64,000 bases of DNA, taken from positions 192,001 through 256,000 of the forward strand of contig OZ219865.1 of assembly GCA_964291675.2 (NCBI GenBank), given 5' to 3'. The stretch's first letter is position 1; each line of letters opens with the position of its first letter. This DNA comes from Alphaproteobacteria bacterium. Lineage in GTDB: Bacteria; Pseudomonadota; Alphaproteobacteria; MPNO01. Of this stretch, positions 20,267-28,507 are shown one piece after another. A program made the translations under genes and the position numbers. The notes beneath the pieces were generated by a model. That model saw only the letters and a list, made by a program, of their open reading frames with translations, searched no databases and was not told the origin of the DNA.

Positions 20267-22705
20267 ATGAACTTCATCGCCCCCAGGGCCGAGCCGATCA
20301 TCCGGGAGATCCCGCTCTCCATGCTCGCGCTCGCGCCCGAGAACGTCCGCAAGACCCCGCCCGATCCGCAGGCCGACGCCGCGCTCAAGGCCTCGATCGC
20401 CGCTTTCGACCTGCTGGAGAACCTGGTCGTCCGCCCGGATCCCGGATCGGGGGAGCCTGCCCCGGCCCCCGAGCCGGAGGGACAGGCTATCGAACGCTAC
20501 GCCGTGATCGCCGGCGGGCGCCGCCTCAAGGCCATGCAGGAACTGGTCGAGGACGGCGTGTTCGATGCCGCCCATCCCGTGCCCTGCCAGGTCCGGTCCG
20601 GCGACGCCGCGACCGGCGAGATTTCGCTCGCCGAGAACGTGGTGCGCATCGCCATGCACCCCGCCGACCAGGTGACGGCCTTCGCCGAGCTGGTCGCGGC
20701 CGGCCAGTCGGTCGCCGCCATCGCGGCGCGCTTCGGCGCGTCGGAACGGATCGTCGAGCAGCGGCTCCGCCTTGGCAACGCCGCGCCCGAGCTGCTGGAC
20801 GCCTACCGCGGGGGCGATATCGACCTGGAGACGCTCAAGGCCTTCGCGGTGACCGCCGACCATGCCCGCCAGATGGCGGTGTGGGAGCAGGTCTCCGGCC
20901 AGGGCTACCGGCCCGCGGCCGCGCAGGTGAAGCGCATGCTGACCGAGGAGCGGGTGCCGGCGAACGTCGCCATCGCCCGCTTCGTGGGCGTCGACGCCTA
21001 CGAGGCCGCGGGCGGCGCGGTCATGCGCGACCTGTTCGCCGACGAGCACGAGCACGGCGTCTGGTTCGAGGACCCGGCGCTGCTGGAGACGCTGGCGATG
21101 GACAAGCTCCGGGCCGCCGCCGACGAGCTCGCGACCCGCTGGAAATGGGCGATCCCGATGATCGAGGCAGGGTGGGACGACACCGCCTCCTACGGCCGCA
21201 TCGAGCCGCAGCCCGGCGTTCCCACCGACGAGGAGAAGGCCGAGATCGAGAAGCTTGAGGCCCGCTACGACGAGCTCCGCGGCCTCGACGACGACGCGTG
21301 GACCGAGGCCCTGGTCGAGGAAGCCGAACGCATCGAGGCCCGGCTCGACGAGATCGGGGGCGCCGTCGAGGCCCGCGCCATGTGGCGGCGCGAGGATTTC
21401 GCGATGGCGGGGTGCATCGCCACCGTCAACGGCAACGGCTCCCTCCATGTCATCGCCGGGCTGGTCAAGCCGGAAGACATGCCGAAGCCGGCGCAGTCCG
21501 ACGACGCGGCAACGCAGACCGCCAGCGGCCTCGAACCGGACGCCGCGGCCCATGGCACGCAGGCCGCCGGCCCGGTCGTCTCCCAGCCCATGGCGGGGCC
21601 GAGGAACCGCGAGGCCGAGGCGCGCAAGGAGGCGGGCGTTGGGATCGGTCTCGCCGACGACCTGCGTTCGATCCGCACCGCGCTCATCAAGGCCCATCTC
21701 GCCGGTAACTTCGAGGCCGCCTTCGACCTCGCGCTGTTCCAGATGGTCCGTGCGGTGTTCACGCCGGGCTACCACGACCACGCCCTCGACATCGCGTTCA
21801 ACGAGACCCCGGACCGCCCCAACACCCGCAAAAACGACGCGGACTTCGCGGCCTGGTCGCCGGGCGAGGCGATGCTGGCGGACCGCTCGCGCCTGTCCTT
21901 CGACTGGCTGGAGATCGAGGACGACGGCGAGTCCTTCGCGGCCTTGAGGGCACTGCCCCAGGCGGACAAGGAGGCGCTGTTCGCGGCCAGCGTCGCGCGC
22001 ACGGTGATGGGCCAGCTCGCCTTCGAGCCCCAGGCGCGGCCCGAGCTCGAAGCTACCGTCGCCCGGCTCGACATCGACTTCGCGGCCCATGTCCGCCCGA
22101 CCGCCGACATGCTGTGGTCGCGCATCGCCAAGGCCCGGGTCCTCGACATCGCCCGCACGGTGTTCGGGCTCGCTTGGGCGTCGGCGCGGTCCAAGTACAA
22201 GAAGCCGGCCCTGGCCGAAGCCATGGAGGCCGCCTTCACTGCCGACGAGCCGCCGGTCGGCGTGAGCGCTTCGATGCACGCCGCCGCACTCGCCTGGGTC
22301 CCGCCCGGGTTCACGGCGTTCGACACCGGCCAAGCGGTCGGCGACGCCGGGGACGCGGCGACCGCGGCCGCCCAATCCGACGCGGGCCCCGCAGACGACG
22401 CGGAAGCGGCTGCCGCGGCGCCTGCCGACGGCAACGGCCATGTCGTCCCGCCGGAGCCTGAACCGGCGACCGCGGAACGCGGTGACGGCGCTCCCACCGG
22501 AGACGCCGGGCGCCAGATCGGCGGCACGAACGGCGAGGCCGAACCCGATTGCGGCACGGACGAGCCCGGGAACGGACACGCCGACGCCGCGCCGGCAACG
22601 GACGAGGCCGGACATGCCGGTCCGATCCCTCCGGTTCCGGCCAACGGGCGCGACGCCAGCCCGGACCCGATGGAGATCCCCGAGTTCCTCCGCCGCGTCC
22701 AGTAG
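20267..22705 (+). CDS. Large leading-region ParB/Spo0J-like protein (812 aa) with acidic disordered tail ending MEIPEFLRRVQ
   Basis: ENVRKT, LLENLVV, VIAGGRRLKAM (CTPase Arg motif), SLAENVVR, MHPADQ, HTH; RBS gggagg. Confidence 0.92.
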   Translation: MNFIAPRAEPIIREIPLSMLALAPENVRKTPPDPQADAALKASIAAFDLLENLVVRPDPGSGEPAPAPEPEGQAIERYAVIAGGRRLKAMQELVEDGVFDAAHPVPCQVRSGDAATGEISLAENVVRIAMHPADQVTAFAELVAAGQSVAAIAARFGASERIVEQRLRLGNAAPELLDAYRGGDIDLETLKAFAVTADHARQMAVWEQVSGQGYRPAAAQVKRMLTEERVPANVAIARFVGVDAYEAAGGAVMRDLFADEHEHGVWFEDPALLETLAMDKLRAAADELATRWKWAIPMIEAGWDDTASYGRIEPQPGVPTDEEKAEIEKLEARYDELRGLDDDAWTEALVEEAERIEARLDEIGGAVEARAMWRREDFAMAGCIATVNGNGSLHVIAGLVKPEDMPKPAQSDDAATQTASGLEPDAAAHGTQAAGPVVSQPMAGPRNREAEARKEAGVGIGLADDLRSIRTALIKAHLAGNFEAAFDLALFQMVRAVFTPGYHDHALDIAFNETPDRPNTRKNDADFAAWSPGEAMLADRSRLSFDWLEIEDDGESFAALRALPQADKEALFAASVARTVMGQLAFEPQARPELEATVARLDIDFAAHVRPTADMLWSRIAKARVLDIARTVFGLAWASARSKYKKPALAEAMEAAFTADEPPVGVSASMHAAALAWVPPGFTAFDTGQAVGDAGDAATAAAQSDAGPADDAEAAAAAPADGNGHVVPPEPEPATAERGDGAPTGDAGRQIGGTNGEAEPDCGTDEPGNGHADAAPATDEAGHAGPIPPVPANGRDASPDPMEIPEFLRRVQ

Positions 22706-22818
22706 GAAGCCGCAAGCCCGACCGGAACGCCCCGCCGGCAACTCGACGCCCCCGGCTCGCAGGCCGGGGCAGGCTGGCGGGGCGTTTCCGTTTCCGCACC
22801 CCGCATGGAGGTCCGCCC

Positions 22819-24576
22819 ATGAACCGCGCGATCCGCGCCCGTATCCACGAGAACGCCGTCAAGCGCGTCACCCGCATCTACGCCGCAACCCTCGCCGACA
22901 TCTTCGCCGAGACCCTCCAGAACAGCCGCCGCGCCGGCGCCACGCGGGTGCGCGTTTCGGTTGCCGCGCCCGCCGCCCCGCCTGGCGACACCGCCACCGC
23001 GGCCGGCGAGACGCCGCTTACCGTCACCGTTTCCGACGACGGCGCCGGCATCGCCGACCCCGCCGTCCTGCTGAGCTTCGGCGAGAACGGCTGGGACGAC
23101 GCGACGGTCCGGCGCGAGGACGCCGCCGGGTTCGGCTTCGCCAGCCTGGCGCGCCGCGACTGCGCCGTGTCCTCCCGGCCGCGTTCGCCGAACGGGGAGT
23201 TCCTGTCTGGCTGGCGCGTCGCGCTCGCGCCGGAGCATTTCCTCGGAGAGGCGGACGCCGAGGTGCAGGCCGACGAATCCGCCCCGTATCCGTACGGGAC
23301 GGCGATTTCGTTCGTGGCCACGGAGTCCGCCGCCGCGATCCGCAACGCGGCCGAGACCGCCGCCCGGCACTACCCGCTGCCGGTGACGTTCGAGGACGGC
23401 ACCGGGGACGATGCCGCCGTCCACGCGCTGCCGCGCCGCGCCTTCCTCGACGGCGCCGTCCATGCCGAACCGTGGCGGGGTCTGGTGTTCGGCGTCTTTC
23501 GCAACCGCCGCGGCGGCTACAACGACCCCCACCTCAACTTCCACGGCCTTACGCTCACGGTCGGCCTGCCCACCGTCGAGACCGTCCACGGCGCGCCCTG
23601 GACCGTCCTCGCCGACGTCGACGACTGCCCCGACCTCGAGCTGGTCCTGCCGGCCCGCAAGGAAGCGGTCGAGAACGATTTTCTCAAGGAGATGAGGGAG
23701 GCCGCCCGGCTCTCGATCTACCGCGCCATGGCCGCCGATCCGAACCCGCGTCCCGCCTTCGAGGACTGGACGCGGGCGCGCGGGGCCGGCATCGAGATCG
23801 CGCCGCCTCCCGCCATGCTGCGCCCCTGGCGGCCGGCAACGGCGGACGTCGACGACTGGCGCGACCCGCCGAAGCTCGCCCCCGCGGGCGCGGACGCCCT
23901 CGTCATGGACTGCGACACCGAGCCGCCGGAAGACCAGGCGCTGTGGCGTGCCGCCGAGCGGGCCGGGATCGCATCCCGCCTGTTCGGGACCGACCGCAGG
24001 CTCGAAGGCTATGGCTGGTACGACGCCCTCGACCGCGTGACCGGCGTCGCCATAGAAGTCACGCTGGACGGCAAGCGGTACGCGCTCGACGACACCCCGC
24101 TGCCGGAGCGGACCGGACCCACCGCCGCGCTGCTCCCGCCCCGTCCCGAGGCGGTCGGCATCGCGCTCGCGGTCCGCACGCCGGACGGGCAGTCCCGCAC
24201 CCTGGACCTGCCGGCCGACGTCGCGTTCGCGGGCGAGGCGTGGTGCGGGTTCGAAGACGCGGTGCCGCTGCTGGCCGTGGACAGCGCTCTCCAGCCGCAC
24301 GAGCTGGCCGTTCTGCTCAGGGCCGGGTTCTTCTCGCCCTCGGACGATATGGAGGCGGACAGCTGGGAGACCCAGAGGGACCGCTTCGACGAGGACGCGC
24401 TGCACCTGGCGACCCGGCTGCTGCTCGGCGACGACGAGGCCTGCCGGCTATCCATCGCCGAGACCGTCCGGCGCGAGCTGATGTGGCTCGTGCCCGGGGA
24501 CCGTGGCGTCGACATCCGCATCCGCCGGCCCGACGTGACGGTGACGCTCGCCGCCGCCGGGGAGACCGCGCCGTGA
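22819..24576 (+). CDS. GHKL (HATPase_c) ATP-binding protein
   Basis: ETLQNSRRAGA (N box), VSDDGAGI (G1), EDAAGFGFASL (G2); RBS ggagg. Confidence 0.85.
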   Translation: MNRAIRARIHENAVKRVTRIYAATLADIFAETLQNSRRAGATRVRVSVAAPAAPPGDTATAAGETPLTVTVSDDGAGIADPAVLLSFGENGWDDATVRREDAAGFGFASLARRDCAVSSRPRSPNGEFLSGWRVALAPEHFLGEADAEVQADESAPYPYGTAISFVATESAAAIRNAAETAARHYPLPVTFEDGTGDDAAVHALPRRAFLDGAVHAEPWRGLVFGVFRNRRGGYNDPHLNFHGLTLTVGLPTVETVHGAPWTVLADVDDCPDLELVLPARKEAVENDFLKEMREAARLSIYRAMAADPNPRPAFEDWTRARGAGIEIAPPPAMLRPWRPATADVDDWRDPPKLAPAGADALVMDCDTEPPEDQALWRAAERAGIASRLFGTDRRLEGYGWYDALDRVTGVAIEVTLDGKRYALDDTPLPERTGPTAALLPPRPEAVGIALAVRTPDGQSRTLDLPADVAFAGEAWCGFEDAVPLLAVDSALQPHELAVLLRAGFFSPSDDMEADSWETQRDRFDEDALHLATRLLLGDDEACRLSIAETVRRELMWLVPGDRGVDIRIRRPDVTVTLAAAGETAP

Positions 24577-25049
24577 AGCGGCGGTTCACGGTGCAGTGCG
24601 GCTACAACGCGGCCTACGCCAACACCGTCACCGTCGAGGCCCACACGCTCGAGGAAGCGCTGGAGAAAGCCGTCGCGGCGGCCAACGAGGACGCCGAGGG
24701 GTGGCGACCGACCGATCATTGCTCGGACACCTTCGTCGACGCGGTGTGCGAGGGCGTCGGCGATCCCTGGGGCGACAGCTCGCTCCCCATTCCCGGCCGG
24801 TTCTCCGAGCACGGCGAGCCGCCCGTGGTCACGCTCACCGACCCGGTTCCGCCCGGCGCCGTCGAGGTCTCGGGCGGGAAGGCGCTGGTGCGCATCGTCG
24901 GCGCGGCCGGCGCGGTCGCGTCCGAGCTCGGCGACCCGCCCCATCCTCCGGCGAACAAGCCGCTGGTGACGGTATCGGTCGATCCGGACGGGAGGCCCGA
25001 CGTCCGGGTCGAGGGCGGCGCCGCAAGGGTGCGCATCCTCGACGCCTGA
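24573..25049 (+). CDS. Hypothetical protein coupled to the GHKL gene
   Basis: GTGA overlap; RRFTVQCGYNAAYANTVTVEAHTLEEALEKA... Confidence 0.7.
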   Translation: MKRRFTVQCGYNAAYANTVTVEAHTLEEALEKAVAAANEDAEGWRPTDHCSDTFVDAVCEGVGDPWGDSSLPIPGRFSEHGEPPVVTLTDPVPPGAVEVSGGKALVRIVGAAGAVASELGDPPHPPANKPLVTVSVDPDGRPDVRVEGGAARVRILDA

Positions 25050-25194
25050 CCGGTTCCGCCGCGCCGCCGGTCCGTCTCTCCCCAATCCCCGCGCGCGCCG
25101 CCCGGAGAGGAGGCCGGCCGCCGCCCGGACGAGGAGACCGGCGGCGCGGGAGCGTCCCGGCTCCTCCCCGTCCCAACCTGCCGAGGAGGCCTCC

Positions 25195-25965
25195 ATGCCC
25201 GACGACGCACCGGGCCTCGACGACATGCCGCTCTTCGACATGATCCCGCCTCCCGCCCAAGGCGCGATCGCCGGTCCGAGGCAGGCCCCGGTCCGGGAGG
25301 CGGCCCGGCATCGCCGGCTCCGGGCCCGCTTCCTGCGCGGCGGCAGGGAGGCGGTCGACGAGAGCGAGCTGCTGGAGCTGCTGCTGTCCGGCCGCCCCGG
25401 CACGACCGACCCCGGCGAACTCGCCGCCGCCCTGCTGAAGACGTTCGGCACCGCGCCCCGCGTCCTCGCCGCCCGGCCCGACCGTCTGCGCGCCGTACCC
25501 GGCCTTTCCGAGGACGCCGTCGCCGCAATCAAGGCCGCCGAGGCGCTCGGCATCCGCATGGCGCGGGAGGACGTGCCCGACACCGTGCGTCCCTCCTTCG
25601 CCAACTACGACAAGGTCGTCGAGTACTGCCGCACGCTGGCAGGCCACCGCGAGGTCGAGGAGTTCCATCTGCTCTATCTCGACCGCAAGAACCGGCTCAT
25701 CGTCGAAGAGCTGCACCAGCACGGCTCGATCAGCCACACCCCGGTCTATCCCCGCGAGATCTGCGTGCGCTGCCTGGAGCTCCGGGCGAGCGCCCTCATC
25801 GCGATCCACAATCACCCGTCATCGGACCCGCAGCCGTCGAAGGCGGATATCGACATGACGCAGCGCATCAAGGAGGCCCTCGGGACGATCGGCGTCACGC
25901 TGCACGACCACATCGTCGTGACCCCGTCCGGCTCGGTGAGCTTCCGGCAGCGCGGGCTGCTCTGA
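25195..25965 (+). CDS. radC: RadC-family JAB/MPN domain protein
   Basis: ELLELLL, EEFHLLYLDRKNRLI, VYPREI, HNHPSSDPQPSKAD, LHDHIVV. Confidence 0.93.
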   Translation: MPDDAPGLDDMPLFDMIPPPAQGAIAGPRQAPVREAARHRRLRARFLRGGREAVDESELLELLLSGRPGTTDPGELAAALLKTFGTAPRVLAARPDRLRAVPGLSEDAVAAIKAAEALGIRMAREDVPDTVRPSFANYDKVVEYCRTLAGHREVEEFHLLYLDRKNRLIVEELHQHGSISHTPVYPREICVRCLELRASALIAIHNHPSSDPQPSKADIDMTQRIKEALGTIGVTLHDHIVVTPSGSVSFRQRGLL

Positions 25966-25978
25966 CGGGCGCCGGCCC

Positions 25979-26248
25979 CTAACGGCCGTCTTCTCCGTCC
26001 GGGCCGCCGTCCCGCCGCGACGCACCCCAGGGGTCGGGCGTGCCGTGCCCGGGCCTCGGCGGCCTCGAGAAGCACCGCATCCCGCAGAGCTCGAGATGGG
26101 ACACCACGGCATTCGCGACAGGCCGGAGCCGGTCGTGGTCGCCGGGCCGGCGCTTCTTCGGCCACAAGCGCGCCGCTTCGCGCAGCGCCATCTCGATCGT
26201 GAACTCGAGGTCGCCCCGCGAGACCGGGCGGTTGTAATCGTCGTTCAT
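25979..26248 (-). CDS. Small hypothetical protein divergent from SRAP
   Basis: MNDDYNRPVSRGDLEFTIEMALREAARLWP...VVSHLELCG. Confidence 0.6.
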   Translation of the reverse strand: MNDDYNRPVSRGDLEFTIEMALREAARLWPKKRRPGDHDRLRPVANAVVSHLELCGMRCFSRPPRPGHGTPDPWGASRRDGGPDGEDGR

Positions 26249-26267
26249 GCCGCGGACCCTGCCACAA

Positions 26268-26282
26268 GAACATTTCAAGAAC
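26268..26282. promoter_or_regulatory. Alphaproteobacterial LexA box (GAAC-N7-GAAC)
   Basis: gaac-atttcaa-gaac in the short divergent intergenic region upstream of SRAP. Confidence 0.75.
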
Positions 26283-26322
26283 AACATGACAGTCCGATGC
26301 CGCTGCGTGTAGTGTCCCGGTC

Positions 26323-27018
26323 ATGTGCGGCCGCTTCACCAACCGGCTCTCATGGAGAGAGCTGCACGAGCTGATGGACCTGGCCGGGACGCCGCTCAAC
26401 CTGCGGCCCCGCTACAACGTCGCGCCGGGCCAGGACATCGCGGTCGTCCGCGCCGAGGCAGGCGCCGGCCGCGGCCTCGCCATGCTCCGCTGGGGGCTGA
26501 TCCCGGCCTGGGCGAAGGATCCCACCATCGCCTGGAAGCTCATCAACGCGCGCTCGGAGACGGCGGCGCAGAAGCCGTCCTTCCGCGCGGCCTTCCGCCA
26601 CCGGCGCTGCCTGATCCCGGCCGACGGGTTCTACGAGTGGGAGCGTCGCGGAGGAGTCCGCCAGCCCTGGCTGTTCGGTCTCCAGGACGGCGCGCCCTTC
26701 GCCTTCGCCGGGCTGTGGGAGCAATGGCGGATCCCGGAGGGCGCGGCGCTCACCGGATCGCTCACCGAGCGCAGTCCGGGCGATTCCATCGAGACCTGCA
26801 CCATCCTCACCACCGCCGCCAACGACACGGTGGCGGCGGTGCATGGCCGCATGCCGGTGATCCTGCCGCCGGAGGCCTACGGCCCCTGGCTGGCTGGCGA
26901 TGACGTGCCGCTCGGGCCGTATCCGGCAGACGCGATGACCGCCCATCCGGTGAGCACGCTGGTCAACCGGGCGGCCAACGAAGACCCGCGCTGCGTCGAG
27001 CCGATCGCGCTGACCTGA
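26323..27018 (+). CDS. SOS response-associated peptidase (SRAP; YedK/HMCES family abasic-site protector)
   Basis: MCGRF N-terminus, RYNVAPGQ, WGLIP, INARSET, RCLIPADGFYEW, HGRMPVIL. Confidence 0.95.
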   Translation: MCGRFTNRLSWRELHELMDLAGTPLNLRPRYNVAPGQDIAVVRAEAGAGRGLAMLRWGLIPAWAKDPTIAWKLINARSETAAQKPSFRAAFRHRRCLIPADGFYEWERRGGVRQPWLFGLQDGAPFAFAGLWEQWRIPEGAALTGSLTERSPGDSIETCTILTTAANDTVAAVHGRMPVILPPEAYGPWLAGDDVPLGPYPADAMTAHPVSTLVNRAANEDPRCVEPIALT

Positions 27019-27254
27019 GCCCCGGCCGCCCGGCGGCCTGAGCCACCCCCAACCCGACAACCCCGTTCCGGAGCGGTCCCGCCGTTCCGTTCGCGCCGCC
27101 GCGCCCTTCGCCGCCCGGAGTCCGGCCAGCCGGCCGGGGGCGGTCCGGCGGGGCGGGGCGGTGGGAGGGCCGGGCGATCGGCCGCCATTGCCCCGGCAAC
27201 GACGCCCCGGCCGGAGCGATCGCTTTCGCATCTTCCACGAACAGGAGCCTGGCC

Positions 27255-27671
27255 ATGCCCGATCCCGAACCCGGCACCGCATTCGGTCCCGTGATCGACG
27301 CCTACACCCGCGCCCAGGCGATCGAGGATGGCATCCTCGTCGATGTCTCCGACTCCGCTCGGCAGGCTGGTTTCAAGATCCCCGTCGCGGTCACGCGCTC
27401 GGTCTGGGAACGGCTGGTCGCCCTGCCCGAGGGCTACCTGGGCTTCCAGGACGAGAGCGGGCGCCTCTGGGACGTCCTCTGGATGGCGCACTACTACGCG
27501 GTCCGCGCCTCGAACAGCGACCGCGTGAGGATGTGCGTGCTGGTGCGCGACATCCGCAGGGACCTGCGCGACAGCAACCGGCCGCCCCGCAGGCACTTCC
27601 CGATCGTGGCGATCGGCGCCGGCGACAGCGGTGAGGCTGTCATCACCATTATGTGGCCCGAAGACGACTGA
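27255..27671 (+). CDS. Hypothetical protein (DUF6573-like)
   Basis: VIDAYTRAQAIEDGILVDVS...GRLWDVLWM...VITIMWPEDD; RBS aggag. Confidence 0.75.
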   Translation: MPDPEPGTAFGPVIDAYTRAQAIEDGILVDVSDSARQAGFKIPVAVTRSVWERLVALPEGYLGFQDESGRLWDVLWMAHYYAVRASNSDRVRMCVLVRDIRRDLRDSNRPPRRHFPIVAIGAGDSGEAVITIMWPEDD

Positions 27672-28313
27672 GCGCGGTCAGCCCTCTCCACCCACCGCAC
27701 CATCGACGAGCTCTCCGGCGCCGCGAAGGAGAACGCCCGCATCTGGTATCGCCAGACCGGCCTGCACGACGAATGGTACGACTTCGTCTACGAGGACTTC
27801 GAGACGATCTGCCGGATGCTCGGCGTGACGCTCGCCACGATCCCCGTGCGCCTCTACGGCGGCGGAACCCGCGACAAGCCGCAGATCCATTTCAGCGGGT
27901 TCCACAGCCAAGGCGATGGCGCGAGCTTCTCCGGCCGCTACAGCTACGCCCGGGGCGCCGCCAGGGCCATCCGCGCCCACGCGCCCAAGGACACCGAACT
28001 GCACCGCATCGCGGACGACTTGCAGACCGTCCAGAGGCACAATTTCCACCAGCTTCACGCCTATATCCGCCAGAGCGGGCGCTATTGCCATGAGTACACC
28101 ATGGCGATCGAGGTCGAGCGCGACAGCCCGACCTGGCAGCCGCCGACGGACGGCGCCGAGGACGCCGTGATCGAGGCGCTGCGCGACCTGGCGCGCTGGC
28201 TCTACCGCCAGCTCCGTTCGGAGTACGAGCACCAGACGTCCGACGAAACCGTCGACGAGAACCTCGCCATCAACGAACTGACGTTCACGGCTGACGGAAC
28301 GCGATTCGGTTGA
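27672..28313 (+). pseudogene. Plasmid-type hypothetical protein, apparently 5'-truncated
   Basis: TIDELSGAAKENARIWY...FSGFHSQGDGASF...DLARWLYRQL; protein-like sequence extends 48 codons upstream of the first ATG (27816) to the previous gene's TGA. Confidence 0.6.
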
Positions 28314-28507
28314 TCCGGCCCGCCTGAACCCGCCGCCGATTTCCTGAACCCGTCCGCGCGGACACGCACGCGTCCCGCTCCGCCGCGTCGCCCGACACCT
28401 CCGAAAGGTCGGAGGGCCGGTTTCGGGCGGTCCGGCGGGCGGGGCGGGAGTCACATTCCCCGTCAAGCCAACGCCGGTCCGATGCCCTTCAGCACGGAGA
28501 CCGGCCC

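Noticed and set aside
20078-24405. Long antisense ORFs of 887 and 878 aa
   Set aside because: Mirror frames of the ParB and GHKL genes, expected at this GC content
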